From Sedimentisphaerales bacterium (GTDB lineage: Bacteria; Planctomycetota; Phycisphaerae; Sedimentisphaerales; SM23-30), in assembly GCA_963666285.1 (NCBI GenBank), contig OY762711.1: a stretch of 64,000 nucleotides of DNA; one strand, 5' to 3'. The notes beneath the pieces are model-generated. The model saw only the letters and a list, made by a program, of their open reading frames with translations. It was not told the origin of the DNA and searched no databases. Shown in pieces: positions 49,381-60,341 of this stretch. Each line of letters starts with the position of its first letter. Position 1 is the stretch's first letter. The position numbers and the translations under genes are program-made.

Positions 49381-50070
49381 TTATAGTTTGCAGTGGTAGA
49401 TGATCTGTGCCGGGGCGGGAGCGGAGGTTGATATTATATTGAAACCGGCCCGTTCGAGCAGGCCCTGCATGATCCAGTCATAAGTGCTGAATTCAGAGGC
49501 AACATGTCGGGCGACCTCTTTGAGCATTTCAGGTGGGACAGAATCAATGAAGTTTTGCAGGCAGGTTGTAGGTGGTTCGTTTGGGGTGGTGGTGAAGACA
49601 ACATCGCGCAGGATGAATTGGCCGCCGGGTTTGAGAATTCTGGCGATATTTGTCAGTGCGATAAATTTCCAGGTGTCGGGCAGGTGGTGGAGGGCGAGAC
49701 CGGAGACAACGGCATCAAAAGAATCAGCGGGGAAGTCCATAGTGAGGAAACCGGCGTGCTGAGTATTGATTGATTTGCCTTCCTGGCTGGTTTTGGTTTT
49801 GACGTATTCGAGCATAATAGGGGAAATGTCTATAGCGGTGACGTCGTAATCAAGTTCGGAAGCGTATCGTGCGAATCGCCCTGTGCCGCAGCCGATTTCG
49901 AGGATGGCTGAGTGGGCGGGCAGTGTCAATAGATCGAGAATATGTTGGTTTTCAGCGTCAACGTTGCGGATAGTAGCCATGCGGTCATCATATTTCTGAA
50001 CTTCGTTGATATCGGTGTAGTCAGTGCCTACTTGCTGAATTTCGTTCCATTGCCAGGCTGGTGTGTTCAT
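49381..50070 (-). CDS. Class I SAM-dependent methyltransferase
   Basis: ILEIGCGTG, AIDISP.ML, FDAV....LHH, LKPGG. Confidence 0.93.
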   Translation of the reverse strand: MNTPAWQWNEIQQVGTDYTDINEVQKYDDRMATIRNVDAENQHILDLLTLPAHSAILEIGCGTGRFARYASELDYDVTAIDISPIMLEYVKTKTSQEGKSINTQHAGFLTMDFPADSFDAVVSGLALHHLPDTWKFIALTNIARILKPGGQFILRDVVFTTTPNEPPTTCLQNFIDSVPPEMLKEVARHVASEFSTYDWIMQGLLERAGFNIISTSAPAPAQIIYHCKL

Positions 50071-50312
50071 TGTTATTCTCTTGTGTAATAGCTTAATTCT
50101 TTGTTAAATGGAATTAAATATAATAAAAAAGGTAGTATTTTTGAAGATAAATCTAAAATGGAACTAACTTTAACTAAAATATGGCCGGTTTGAGAGGAAT
50201 AAGGTTGATTAAAAGAGAAAAAAATGAGTAACTTAATTTAAGTATGGGTGGTATAAGGTATTAGATGATGTTGGTGGTATTGCGATTTATTTACACATAT
50301 ACGAGGTTAAAG

Positions 50313-50993
50313 ATGTTAAGTAGTGATAATTTAAGACTTTATGAAGAAGTGTTGCTGCTGGCGATGAAGGATGAGGAAGGGACGATTGCCGGTGGAACGA
50401 TGTATAATTATGCGGTGGGGGGAGCAGTTGTGGCTGAGATGCTGCTGGAGAATCGAATTGAGGTTGAAGAATCACGTAGGAAGCTTGTTTCTATAGTTGA
50501 TAGCGGACAGATGGGAGATACGCTGCTGGATGAGTGGCTGCTAAAGATGGCAAGTGTTAAACGGAGGAAGAGCCTGCAGGGCTGGGTGGAGAAGATAGCC
50601 AGTACTAAGGATATGAAGAATCGAATAGCGATGCAGCTATGCGGTAAGGGAATCCTGCGGATGGATGAGGGGACGGTATTGTTTTTGTTTAAGAGGAATA
50701 TCTATCCTGAGATTAATCCAGAGCCGGAGAGGCGGGTGATCGGTCGTTTGTATAATGCGATCTTTTCTGAGACGAATGATATTGATGCACGAACAGTTGT
50801 GCTGCTGTCATTGGCGAAGAGTGCTAATATCTTGCCGGTAATTTTTGATAAGCGAGATTTGAAACAGCGTAAGAAACGGATAGATCAGGTAGTGAATGGA
50901 GACTTATGCGGGAAAGCGACCAAAGAAGCGATAGATGCGATGCATGCTGCAATTATGGTGTGCTGTATAATGCCTGCGATTGCGTCGACATAA
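50313..50993 (+). CDS. GPP34/GOLPH3 family protein
   Basis: L.EE.LLLA..DE.G, GA..AE.LL..RI, L..KGIL.......LF. Confidence 0.85.
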   Translation: MLSSDNLRLYEEVLLLAMKDEEGTIAGGTMYNYAVGGAVVAEMLLENRIEVEESRRKLVSIVDSGQMGDTLLDEWLLKMASVKRRKSLQGWVEKIASTKDMKNRIAMQLCGKGILRMDEGTVLFLFKRNIYPEINPEPERRVIGRLYNAIFSETNDIDARTVVLLSLAKSANILPVIFDKRDLKQRKKRIDQVVNGDLCGKATKEAIDAMHAAIMVCCIMPAIAST

Positions 50994-51121
50994 TAGAAAT
51001 GTTAGAAGTCAGGAGTTAGAAGATAGAAGGTTTTGGATAGCCCTGGTGAGTATTGGGAAAAGGTATATTCGATGATTTACTATTGAAAATAATGACAATA
51101 ATATAAAGTGAAAGTTGAACA

Positions 51122-52222
51122 ATGAATAATATTTTGAATAAGTATATGTTGTTAATAATTCTTTCTATAAATGTTGCTTCTTTCAGTTTTGCAGAAGGAT
51201 TTTATCTTGCTGAGGATTCAGAATTAGACAGAATTAAAATTGTTGAACATATATTAAATCTTGATTCTGAATATTCGAGCTATCCACTTAACGTGCAATT
51301 GGGAATTATTGAGCTTTTGTTTAACTTCGATAATGATTCTGAGGGAATTAGCAATAAACAGTTAAGTACGGCATTAAATAAAAGGCTGGATGCTCTAGGT
51401 TCTTCCATAGACACAAATAACAATCAAAAGTTGCGAATAGCGACAATTGAAGCGTTAGTTGCTTTTCGTAATAACGATTGTGATATTTCTGCATTTACCG
51501 AATGGGCAAATATAGATATTGATAATTCAGTACCACTGATGATGATAGCAAATGCCTATTGGCAGAAAGGCGAAATTCATCAATGCCTAAAATATTGTGA
51601 AAAAGCGACAAAATGCTCAAAGGCCAGTCTAAATGAACTGAAGGTATTGGAGAATATTTTAGCAGCTTTAGACTATTTGGAGCTCAAAGAGAAGTATCTT
51701 GCCTGTTGTATTGTTAAGAGGGCATCATTTTTATATGATGCAATGATTTATCAACACACTATATTGTTAAAGGAACTCGGTATAATACAAAAACATTTTG
51801 GTTATAATATTGAATCACCTAACAGGGAAGCAAGGAAATACATCTGCCGCGTTATGCTGTCAAGGCCGATATGCTGGAATGTGGTATTTTGTGCTGTTTA
51901 CAAGAACATATTAAAATTAACAGAATTAAAGGACCTGGTATTGCCGCCTGATTCCGGAGTAGCTGCTAATAAACAAGAAGATGAAGTGAGCTTCTTGGAA
52001 TCGTATTATAACTATATTGTTTTTTCAAATGTATGTGTTGATACAGCGTTAAACAATAAGGATATAGATAGCCTGGAAAGTTTTATTGTAAATGAGGAAA
52101 AGTGGAGTATCGAACAGCTTGACAGAAATAAAATACTTGCCTTGGAGCGAAATATTGATGTAGACCTATGTTGTACGAATTGGAATGAAAGATTTTCAGA
52201 ATTGCATAAAACTGAAGAGTAA
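51122..52222 (+). CDS. Secreted hypothetical helical protein
   Basis: 366-aa ORF with signal peptide; D.DNS.P motif. Confidence 0.65.
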   Translation: MNNILNKYMLLIILSINVASFSFAEGFYLAEDSELDRIKIVEHILNLDSEYSSYPLNVQLGIIELLFNFDNDSEGISNKQLSTALNKRLDALGSSIDTNNNQKLRIATIEALVAFRNNDCDISAFTEWANIDIDNSVPLMMIANAYWQKGEIHQCLKYCEKATKCSKASLNELKVLENILAALDYLELKEKYLACCIVKRASFLYDAMIYQHTILLKELGIIQKHFGYNIESPNREARKYICRVMLSRPICWNVVFCAVYKNILKLTELKDLVLPPDSGVAANKQEDEVSFLESYYNYIVFSNVCVDTALNNKDIDSLESFIVNEEKWSIEQLDRNKILALERNIDVDLCCTNWNERFSELHKTEE

Positions 52223-52341
52223 TTTGGGTCATAAGTAGAGTGAATTTTAGGGGAATGAGAGGATAGGTATATTTGCATATGATACAGATTTGGCTATAAT
52301 GGAATTTGATAAGGAATTTATATTTTTTGTGGAGGTTTGTT

Positions 52342-52932
52342 ATGCAAGATAGATATAACAGTCAGTATGAAGGTGATAAAATAGATGAGCGGCATATAGC
52401 CAAGCGAAATATGCTTCGCAAAGTGGGGCTGGTAGTGCTAATAACAGGTATTATTTTTACAGTTGTTGGTATGGTTGATTTCTTTCGGGCGTTTGGCAGT
52501 TTTGGCGGGCCACCGAAGCTGTTCTGGTGTGGTTTTGTTGGCCTTCCGCTAATGTTTTTTGGTGCGGTGATGACAAGTGCCGGTTATATGGGGGCGGTTG
52601 GTCGTTATACTACTGCGGAGGCGGCACCGGTTGCTAAGGATACGTTTAACTATATGGCGGATGGAACGGCTGACGGTGTGAAGACGATGGCTACAGCTGT
52701 TGGAGAGGGGATTGGCGAGGCTTTAGGGGGAGTTGTCGGAGCTGTGGGTGTCGGAGCGGAAGCGGCGGTACGATGTTCGAAGTGTAACGAGGTAAATGAT
52801 GCGGATGCGAAGTTTTGTAAGGAGTGCGGGTTTAGCCTGCAGAAGACGAAGGAGTGCCCGGTATGCTGTGAGCTGAATGATCCGGATGCTAAGTTTTGTG
52901 ATAATTGCGGGAAAAACTTTTTTGAAGTCTGA
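52342..52932 (+). CDS. Membrane protein with double zinc ribbon
   Basis: Two TMs; two C..C...ND.DAKFC..CG repeats; GGAGG RBS. Confidence 0.9.
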   Translation: MQDRYNSQYEGDKIDERHIAKRNMLRKVGLVVLITGIIFTVVGMVDFFRAFGSFGGPPKLFWCGFVGLPLMFFGAVMTSAGYMGAVGRYTTAEAAPVAKDTFNYMADGTADGVKTMATAVGEGIGEALGGVVGAVGVGAEAAVRCSKCNEVNDADAKFCKECGFSLQKTKECPVCCELNDPDAKFCDNCGKNFFEV

Positions 52933-53079
52933 AGTAAGAAGTCTGAAGTCTGAAGTCTGAAAATTGAAAACAATTTTTTTTCACATTGAGCAGTTATCAG
53001 AAATGATAAAAACAGTACTAAGCGACTGAATTTCGAAAAGAGATAGCTTGCAGATAAAAAGAAATGAAATGGAAGGTAT

Positions 53080-54783
53080 ATGATAAGTAAACCTGGGAAA
53101 ATGTTAGGCTTGGTGGTACTACTTTTTGTAGTATCTGGAGTTTGGGCGGGAGGATCGAACAGTAGCTATGAAGGTTCTCATAAAGAAGTTGCTTTGAGAA
53201 TGCTGGCTGATCCTAATTATTTTCCGAGAGACCCAAATGGATATCCAGTTTTTGATACTGAATTCCAATTATTATGCAGTTTGGCAATCTTTGAAGATGA
53301 TCCGGATTGTCAGTTTGAAGTTGCCCGGAGGTTATTAGGCGGAAATACCATAAAGCAAGATGTTCAGAAAGGTGTTTACTGGATGGAAGCAGCTGCAAAG
53401 GGTGGGCATGCAATTGCACAGTCAATTGTGTCTGGTATGTATCAAGAAGGCGTTTATGTCGAGCGAGATTTCCAAAAATGTATTTATTGGGCAGAAAAGG
53501 AGGCAGGGCAATCTGATCCAATCAATTATTTTCTTATAGGGATGAAATTTATTTCAGATAAAAATATTCATCCTGATTGTAAAGAAGCAAAAAAGTGGTT
53601 TAATATTGCCAAGGAAAAGGGTTATACTAGTGCAGAGTCGCATTTTGAGAGTGTCAACATGCTAGAAAAAGATTTGAGTTATGGTTATCAAAAAGCTTTT
53701 GATAGAGTTATGGCCGGTGCTGAAAATGGGAATGCAAAATCTCAATATAAACTTGGTATTATGTATGACCTAGGAATTGGTATAGATTTCAACCCCAAAG
53801 AAGGGATAAAATGGATAAGGCAATCTGCTGATCAGGATTATGAACCGGCTCAGCGATTTATTATGTGTTCATATATGAATGAAGCATTTGAATTTCTTTA
53901 TGGTACAAATGTAATTAATCAGGATGAATGTGTTGCTATGATTAAAACATTTGCAATGAAAGGTGATAGCAGCAGTCAGGCTAATTTAGGACTATGTTAT
54001 CTTAAAGGAAAGTTTGTTGAGAAAGACTATAAGAAAGCGTTGTATTGGTCTCAAAAAGCGGCAAGAAAAGGGCTTGCTGTAGCGCAAAATAATATAGGAT
54101 TAATGTATTATCATGGTTATGGAGTTCCTATAAATTATGAGAAAGCGATCAGTTATTTTGAAAAAGCGGCAGATCAAAAATATCCAGGTGCATTTTTAGC
54201 TCTTGGAACTATGTATTTTAAAGGACAAGGTGTGTCTGTAAATTATGAGAAGGCATTTGAGTGTTATTCCAGAGCGGCGGTGTTAGGTGACAGTTATGCG
54301 AAAGTTATGTTGGGAAAAATTTATTATTTTGGATTGAATGGAGAAGTAAATTATAAAAAGGCTTTTAATTACTTCAAGCAGGCGGCACGCCAGCCGTATT
54401 GCATTGAAGATGCCAGATATTTTTTGGGTAAGATGTATGAGCGTGGTATATATGTTAAATGTAATCCATTTTTGGCGATCTATTGGCTTAAGAAGCCGGC
54501 GGAAAATGGTAGTGTTAAAGCCCAGATGTTGTTAGCCAGTGTTTTAGGGAGAAATAATGGTTTTGGCAGGGCAGACAATATTGAAGCGTATAAATGGCTG
54601 TATATTGCAAGTGCTGTGAACAAGGATGCAAAAAAGGCGTTGAATGAACTTGAAAAGGAATTGGATAGAGAGCAACTAGCAGAAGCGGTAAGAAGGGCTG
54701 AGGAGCTGGCCGCGACCAGTTCGCAAATGAAATTACCGGAAGGAAAAGAAAAGAATGGTTTCTGGAAGAGTCTATTTGAGTAG
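53080..54783 (+). CDS. Secreted Sel1-like repeat protein
   Basis: About 10 Sel1 repeats; EAYKW...A terminal repeat. Confidence 0.92.
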   Translation: MISKPGKMLGLVVLLFVVSGVWAGGSNSSYEGSHKEVALRMLADPNYFPRDPNGYPVFDTEFQLLCSLAIFEDDPDCQFEVARRLLGGNTIKQDVQKGVYWMEAAAKGGHAIAQSIVSGMYQEGVYVERDFQKCIYWAEKEAGQSDPINYFLIGMKFISDKNIHPDCKEAKKWFNIAKEKGYTSAESHFESVNMLEKDLSYGYQKAFDRVMAGAENGNAKSQYKLGIMYDLGIGIDFNPKEGIKWIRQSADQDYEPAQRFIMCSYMNEAFEFLYGTNVINQDECVAMIKTFAMKGDSSSQANLGLCYLKGKFVEKDYKKALYWSQKAARKGLAVAQNNIGLMYYHGYGVPINYEKAISYFEKAADQKYPGAFLALGTMYFKGQGVSVNYEKAFECYSRAAVLGDSYAKVMLGKIYYFGLNGEVNYKKAFNYFKQAARQPYCIEDARYFLGKMYERGIYVKCNPFLAIYWLKKPAENGSVKAQMLLASVLGRNNGFGRADNIEAYKWLYIASAVNKDAKKALNELEKELDREQLAEAVRRAEELAATSSQMKLPEGKEKNGFWKSLFE

Positions 54784-54802
54784 CAATATGAGTGGAGTTT
54801 AC

Positions 54803-55095
54803 AATAAAAAAGCCCAGGAGTAAATCCCGGGCTTACAAGAGAGTAGAGAAGAAATTAGAATAAGGTAATAAGTTTGTCGCCCTAAACCTTAGTAGAAGAC
54901 TTTTGAGTTATCGAACAAGCGGGATAGCCGCAGATGGAGCAGATATAAAGTTAGCTGTCGAGAGCTGATTGAATTTAAGTATAGTATCTTGAATTTACTA
55001 TGCTTCAATGCTCCGGCATTATTTATATTTGTAATTGATAAATCCATCATTTTCCACGAAATTGAAATTCTCATCTTAATAACTTTCACTCCTTA
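54803..55095 (-). pseudogene. Internally deleted chemoreceptor (MCP) paralog remnant with duplicated 3' UTR/terminator
   Basis: AAGGAG RBS then MRISISWKM; out-of-frame SAPSAAIPL tail; 3' flank 54803-54893 resembles 55568-55651 downstream of the intact MCP. Confidence 0.55.
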
Positions 55096-55398
55096 TCTCG
55101 ACATGAACGTAGCCTGAGTAGAATTAAAAAAACAAGTAATTGCCCCGGTATTTGATTGTTTACGGTTATGGCGGTTGGGTGAATGCGGCAGAATATTTTA
55201 CTGTATTTGATTTTTGGGAAGAAAAATGTCTGGTATTAAATAATAAATGACGAGTTAATTATAAATAAAGTCGGTTAATCTTTTATTGAAATCGCAGATA
55301 TAATGTTTATATTTTTATTTATATAAAAGTATAATTATTGTAAAGAGCGGAGTGTCTAGTCCTATAACTGCGACAATTTCTGGGGAAAAGTTGAAATA

Positions 55399-55557
55399 AA
55401 AAGTGAAAAATTGAGGTGTACCGATGGATTGGGATTTCGCTTTGCTCAACATCTTCTTGTGTTTCATCTATATTCAAGGTGTTGCAGGGAGGCCTTTTGG
55501 GGCGGAATTATCAACAGGGGATTCGTTACTGCAACTTAAAAACTGAGAAAGGTAACT
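55399..55557 (+). repeat. Dispersed MITE-like repeat, copy E
   Basis: AAAAGTGAAAAATTGAGGTGT...GTTGCAGGGAGGCCTTTT...TTCGTTACTGCAACTTAAAAACTGAGAAAG. Confidence 0.8.
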
Positions 55558-55567
55558 GAGAGTTTAA

Positions 55568-55597
55568 AATAAAAAAGCCCAGGTAATATACCTGGGC
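55568..55597 (-). terminator. Intrinsic terminator of the MCP gene
   Basis: GCCCAGGT/ACCTGGGC hairpin with a minus-strand T-run. Confidence 0.8.
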
Positions 55598-55646
55598 ATA
55601 AGAGAGAGTAGAGAGTAAATTAGGTATAAGTCTGTTATGTTAAACC

Positions 55647-57587
55647 TCAGTTGAAATCAATAAATTCTTTATCGTTGGCGGTATCAAATTTAATTGCCGA
55701 AGAAGGAGATAAATTTGTACTTTCTGCAGCTATCTGATGATATGCCAGGTCGGACACATTCATTCTATGATTTGAATTTTTGGTCCTGCTATCAGCACCT
55801 CCGACGATAGCAAAGAGTTCACCAATTATAAGGTTCATTTGTTCAGCCTGGGCACTAAGTTCCTCAGCTGCACTTGCAGCCTCTTCGGCATTGGCAGAGT
55901 TTTCCTGGGTTACCTGATCAATTTGTGAGATAGCGGTGTTGACCTGTCCGATACCTTGTGCCTGTTCCTGACTGGAAGATGCAATGTCTTCAACAAGGTT
56001 TGAGGTTTTAGTAATACTTGTGACGATTTCATCGAGAGCAGAGTAAACCTGTTCAGAAATCTGTACGCCGTTCTGGGAGTATCTAACGGAATCTTCAATC
56101 ATTGCAGAAGTGTCTTTGGCAGCCTCGGCAGACCTCATGGCGAGATTGCGAACCTCTTCAGCGACAACGGCAAACCCTTTGCCAGCTTCACCGGCACGAG
56201 CAGCTTCTACAGCAGCATTAAGAGCGAGCAGGTTTGTCTGGAAAGCGATTTCGTCGATAACCTTGATGATTTTAGATGTTTCATCGCTCGACTTGTGTAT
56301 ATCCAGGATTGCATCGTTCATTTTTTTCATTTCGGTAAGACCTTTTTGGGCCGATATATTTGTTTCGGAAGCAAGAGTTTTTGCCAGCTGGGCATTTTGG
56401 GCATTTTGCTGAGTCATGGAAGTTATTTCTTCCAGGCTGGAAGAAGACTCTTCGAGCCCGGCAGCCTGTTCGGTAGCGCCTTTAGCCAGAGCCTGTGCAG
56501 TTCCGGATACCTGAGAAGCAGCAGCAGCGGTATGTTCTGAACCGGCAGTTAGAGAAGAAATTATCCTGTTGACAGGTTTGACGATACCTGAAGTAAGGAA
56601 GTATGCGATGGTCACGCCAAGAATGATTGCGGCAATGGATGTAATTATAATGATAGAAACAATTCTAGCTGTAACAGTGTTTGTTTCCTGTTCGAGATTG
56701 GAAATGAAGTTATAGACACCGTCTCTTACTGACCTGGCACCGTTCATTACCGATTCAGAGGCCTGTTTTTGATTTATCTGTTCCTGGCGTTGAGCCAGGT
56801 TATATTTTCTGAAATCATCAACCTGTCGGCGATAGTTTTCAAGAGCTGTAATTGCAGAAGTGATTTCATGCTTAGTATTGTCAGAAGCCATAATAGTATA
56901 AGCTTCTTTCAGTATGTCTCTGGTATTATCAATTTGCTCTATCCAGGTTTTGGCAATCGAATCCTGCTTTTCCTGTTTAACAGCATTTTGATATTTATGA
57001 GCAGTAATATTGAATTCGTATACGGAGTTGAGACATTTTTGCGAGAAATATGCCCGCTCTACGGCATCTTTAGCAATCATTCCTTCTTTGTCTGTTTGTA
57101 GAGAATAATTCTGGGCAGCATCAATAACTTTTTTTACACATTCAACAACTTCAGCGGCAGCTTGTGCCCGAATAATGCCGGACTGTTTCTTTTGGTTTTC
57201 AATTTCTACATATTGGTTGTTGTGGCTGTTGTATTTGTCCATGTTCTGCTTTAGCAGATTTGCTTTTTCCTTGTTTTCAGCTGATTTCATAATATCTTTG
57301 ATTTCTTCAGCTTCTTTTAGTACATTTTTGCATTCGTTTTTCATTAGGTCGGAGTATTTATCATCTTTGTAGATAATATACCGCAGAGAATTAGCCTGAG
57401 TATCCTGTGAGTCGGTTAAGATTGTATTGGCCTTTTTAGCAATTTCAATTTGATCTAATATTTGTCCCATATTACCAATGGTCTTATTAAGTCCAGAATA
57501 ACCAATTAATGCTACTATAGTCATTAAAATAAGTACAAAGAAAAAACCACCATAAAGTTTAACGCTAAGTTTCATGTTCTTTAACAT
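55647..57587 (-). CDS. Methyl-accepting chemotaxis protein
   Basis: Two TMs around a helical periplasmic sensor; [38 protein letters not shown]-terminal EFIDFN. Confidence 0.97.
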   Translation of the reverse strand: MLKNMKLSVKLYGGFFFVLILMTIVALIGYSGLNKTIGNMGQILDQIEIAKKANTILTDSQDTQANSLRYIIYKDDKYSDLMKNECKNVLKEAEEIKDIMKSAENKEKANLLKQNMDKYNSHNNQYVEIENQKKQSGIIRAQAAAEVVECVKKVIDAAQNYSLQTDKEGMIAKDAVERAYFSQKCLNSVYEFNITAHKYQNAVKQEKQDSIAKTWIEQIDNTRDILKEAYTIMASDNTKHEITSAITALENYRRQVDDFRKYNLAQRQEQINQKQASESVMNGARSVRDGVYNFISNLEQETNTVTARIVSIIIITSIAAIILGVTIAYFLTSGIVKPVNRIISSLTAGSEHTAAAASQVSGTAQALAKGATEQAAGLEESSSSLEEITSMTQQNAQNAQLAKTLASETNISAQKGLTEMKKMNDAILDIHKSSDETSKIIKVIDEIAFQTNLLALNAAVEAARAGEAGKGFAVVAEEVRNLAMRSAEAAKDTSAMIEDSVRYSQNGVQISEQVYSALDEIVTSITKTSNLVEDIASSSQEQAQGIGQVNTAISQIDQVTQENSANAEEAASAAEELSAQAEQMNLIIGELFAIVGGADSRTKNSNHRMNVSDLAYHQIAAESTNLSPSSAIKFDTANDKEFIDFN

Positions 57588-58232
57588 TCTAAATCTCCAT
57601 TATATTGTTAACAAGTTCTTCTTTTCATGTAATTGATATGCGTATCAAAAACATCTTATTCACTTTTTCTTTCGACATAAATGTTGAAGGGGTAAATGGT
57701 AAATATAATGATAATGTCTTAAAAATGAGATGTTAGTTGAGAAAGCGTATGGATTACTTTTGACACTGTTTTGTTTTGTCCATAAACCCGTTGCAGATAA
57801 TGGGGAATTTGAAGGATTTGCAAGTTTGATGCTAAAAATAATGTTAAGCTATTTACTGCTATGAAAAGCAAAGGATTTACACAATTTTATGAAAATAATT
57901 ATAAAAAATAATATTAATAAAAAGTTTAGTCCAATAATCGCGAATATGCCTTTAATAAATTTATTCATAAATAATAAGTAGTTTTTAGATATTATCTGAA
58001 AGCAAAAGATGGTATTTTGTAATTTTAATGATAGGATTGTATTGATTATACACGTAAACAATGAAGCTGTTTTTGATCATGGGTTGCGTGTTTCTTTAAG
58101 TACAGGAGTAAAAAAGGTGATAAATATGGAATGGTGCTAGTATAAGTACGCTATTTATGGTAAAAGTATTACGTGGCAATAGCAGAATAAGGTTGTCTGC
58201 AGATGATTTTGACGAGATGGGAACTGAAATAA

Positions 58233-58991
58233 ATGAGAGATAGAATGGAATCTAAAAAGAATTTATTAGTAACCTTGTTATTGAGCGTTGTGTTTCTGGG
58301 AGGCTGCTATAATGATGTGAGTTATACACCGGCTGGCGCTGAGTTTCAATATTATCCGCTGCGTAATAAGGAAATAATAGGTTATTCTGTGCAGGGCAGG
58401 CCGATTGAGATGTTTAAGCTGGGTGAAGGGCGTGAGATTGTTTTGATAATAGCGACGATTCATGGTAATGAGCCTGCCGGTCTGCCTTTGGTTGAGGAGC
58501 TGATTGAGTATTTAAAGACGGATACATCGCGTTTGTATGGCAAGCAGCTGTTGATAGTGCCGGTGGCGAACCCGGACGGGTATGCAGCGGGAACCAGATT
58601 TAATGTAAATGGAATTGATTTGAATCGTAATTTTCCGGCAGGTAACAGGGTGGATAACAGTCGGAATGGAAACGGCGGACTAGGTGAACCGGAATCTCGC
58701 GCGTTATATAATATGATAAGCCTGTATCGTCCGGTACGAATAGTGAGTATTCATCAGCCTTTGGCGTGTATCGATTACGATGGCCCGGCGGACTGGCTGG
58801 CAGAAGCGATGGCAAGAGAGTGTGATTTGCCGGTGAAGAAGTTGGGGTCGCGGCCGGGCTCGCTGGGTTCATGGGCAGGAGTAGAGATGCAGATTCCGAT
58901 AGTGACTTTGGAGCTGCTTCGGAGCGATTCTAACCTGGGCCGGGCGGAGCTGTGGAATAAGTATGGACAGGCATTATTAGCAATCTTGTAA
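58233..58991 (+). CDS. mpaA: M14 zinc carboxypeptidase, murein peptide amidase A-like lipoprotein
   Basis: Lipobox LGGC; IHGNE, NPDG, R.N.NGIDLNRNFP, EPE, SIH, PGSLGSW, TLEL. Confidence 0.85.
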   Translation: MRDRMESKKNLLVTLLLSVVFLGGCYNDVSYTPAGAEFQYYPLRNKEIIGYSVQGRPIEMFKLGEGREIVLIIATIHGNEPAGLPLVEELIEYLKTDTSRLYGKQLLIVPVANPDGYAAGTRFNVNGIDLNRNFPAGNRVDNSRNGNGGLGEPESRALYNMISLYRPVRIVSIHQPLACIDYDGPADWLAEAMARECDLPVKKLGSRPGSLGSWAGVEMQIPIVTLELLRSDSNLGRAELWNKYGQALLAIL

Positions 58992-59020
58992 TTTGGGGTA
59001 GATTTCTCATTAGTCTTTAC

Positions 59021-59049
59021 TTGAAAAACTGGAGCCGGTTTGCTATAAT
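59021..59049 (+). promoter_or_regulatory. Sigma70 promoter
   Basis: TTGAAA-17 nt-TATAAT with extended TG. Confidence 0.7.
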
Positions 59050-59114
59050 TTTTCGACGTATGGGTTATAGTTCGAATATATAAATATTTGTGCTAATAAC
59101 AGCTAGTAAACTAG

Positions 59115-59262
59115 ACATAGGCCGTGACCTGGCCTTGTAATCAGATTTCGCTGATTTTTGCCGTTAGCGGGGGTAATTTTCCGTGTGAGCAATCCCTTTA
59201 TGCCTTTTTGAGGTAAGTTTAGATGGAAAATCACTGCGCATAAGGTCAAAAACAGCCAGGAA
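59115..59262 (+). ncRNA. Candidate structured RNA/leader (unclassified)
   Basis: Several complementary segments: CCTGGC/GCCAGG, AATCAG/CTGATT, ATTTTCC/GGAAAAT, TGACCT/AGGTCA. Confidence 0.4.
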
Positions 59263-59285
59263 AAAGAAAAATAAGGAAAGGTTCA

Positions 59286-59726
59286 ATGACTTTTTGTACT
59301 GTTATTAACTGTATGGACGGGCGGATACAGCTGCCGGTGTTGAATTTTTTGCGTGAACGTCTTGGTGTTGCGTATGTTGACAATATAACCGAGGCGGGTC
59401 CGATAAAATTTCTGGCAGAGCAAAATGACCAAGGTGTGATCCAGGATATATTTAACCGAATTAATATATCGATAAATCAGCATGGTTCAACAGCAATTTC
59501 GGTTGTGGCGCATTATGATTGCCTGGGAAATCCTCGTCCAGAATCTGAACAGAGAGTGCAGCTTGATAAAGCCGTTAAGTTCCTAAGTGAGCATTACCCT
59601 GAAATGGAGCTTTTAGCTTTGTGGGTAGACAGCGACTGGTGTGTTCATGAAATAAAAACAAGCCAAATTGAAGAAACAGGAAAAACGGTAAAACCTTATA
59701 TTAAAAAGGCTAACTGTATCATGTAA
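59286..59726 (+). CDS. Putative beta-type carbonic anhydrase-like protein
   Basis: CMDGR ... H.DC metal-binding motifs. Confidence 0.8.
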   Translation: MTFCTVINCMDGRIQLPVLNFLRERLGVAYVDNITEAGPIKFLAEQNDQGVIQDIFNRINISINQHGSTAISVVAHYDCLGNPRPESEQRVQLDKAVKFLSEHYPEMELLALWVDSDWCVHEIKTSQIEETGKTVKPYIKKANCIM

Positions 59727-59961
59727 CCTTTTCGTAGGTTCCGTCACCGCGTTTTTCAAGCTTTGTGAAGCCTTTATCTCTAAGGTTGCTATTGGAAAGG
59801 AATGGAGAGTATCCATTGCAGAGAGCGGGTACTTTTTTAATTTTTTTTCCACAATCCGGGCATTTAGATAGCTCTTTAGCAGACATTGACTGCATTATTT
59901 CAAAGCCATTTTCGCATTTTTCACATCCTTCGTCTATAGCTTTGTACTTATATATAGGCAT
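59719..59961 (-). CDS. FmdB-family zinc ribbon protein
   Basis: MPIY.Y...C..C..GFE..Q.M......CP.CG. Confidence 0.9.
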   Translation of the reverse strand: MPIYKYKAIDEGCEKCENGFEIMQSMSAKELSKCPDCGKKIKKVPALCNGYSPFLSNSNLRDKGFTKLEKRGDGTYEKVT

Positions 59962-60312
59962 ATTTGTTCCTTTTCTATTTCATTTCACAGCTCTATAGTA
60001 ATATTCAGGCAGTACACTATATTATATCGTCAGGAAATAGCCAATAGTTTTTCTTCTGTAAAAAATAATCTCAGACATTGGTAGGCCCATGTTGTTTATT
60101 TTAGTTCTAGTTTTTAGTTATACAAGCTGGGATATATGCCGATATTTTAATGGGCTGACCAAAATGGGAGTAGAATGGGATATAAAGATAAAAATATTTA
60201 AAAAGTCATATGAAGATGTATAAGCATTTTTGATAAGATATTGAAGAACTACTTTATAATATACATAAAATAACGGTCGGCCCAATCGGCGTTTTTAGTA
60301 TAAATATGACGG

Positions 60313-60341
60313 TTGACACTGCACTGTTAAATTGTTATAAT
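60313..60341 (+). promoter_or_regulatory. Consensus sigma70 promoter upstream of the pilB operon
   Basis: TTGACA-17 nt-TATAAT with extended TG. Confidence 0.8.

Noticed and set aside
54803..54835. ykkC/guanidine-I riboswitch 3' motif (AAAAGCCCAGGAG)
   Set aside because: The upstream aptamer is absent; the sequence is a terminator hairpin duplicated at 55568
57660..57700. Sigma-28 promoter for the MCP gene (GTCGAAAG)
   Set aside because: Match too weak to call without a position weight matrix
59119..59140. ZTP (pfl) riboswitch (CGTGAC.TGGC)
   Set aside because: Lacks the downstream GGGAGC and GCC..CGCCTGGGC elements
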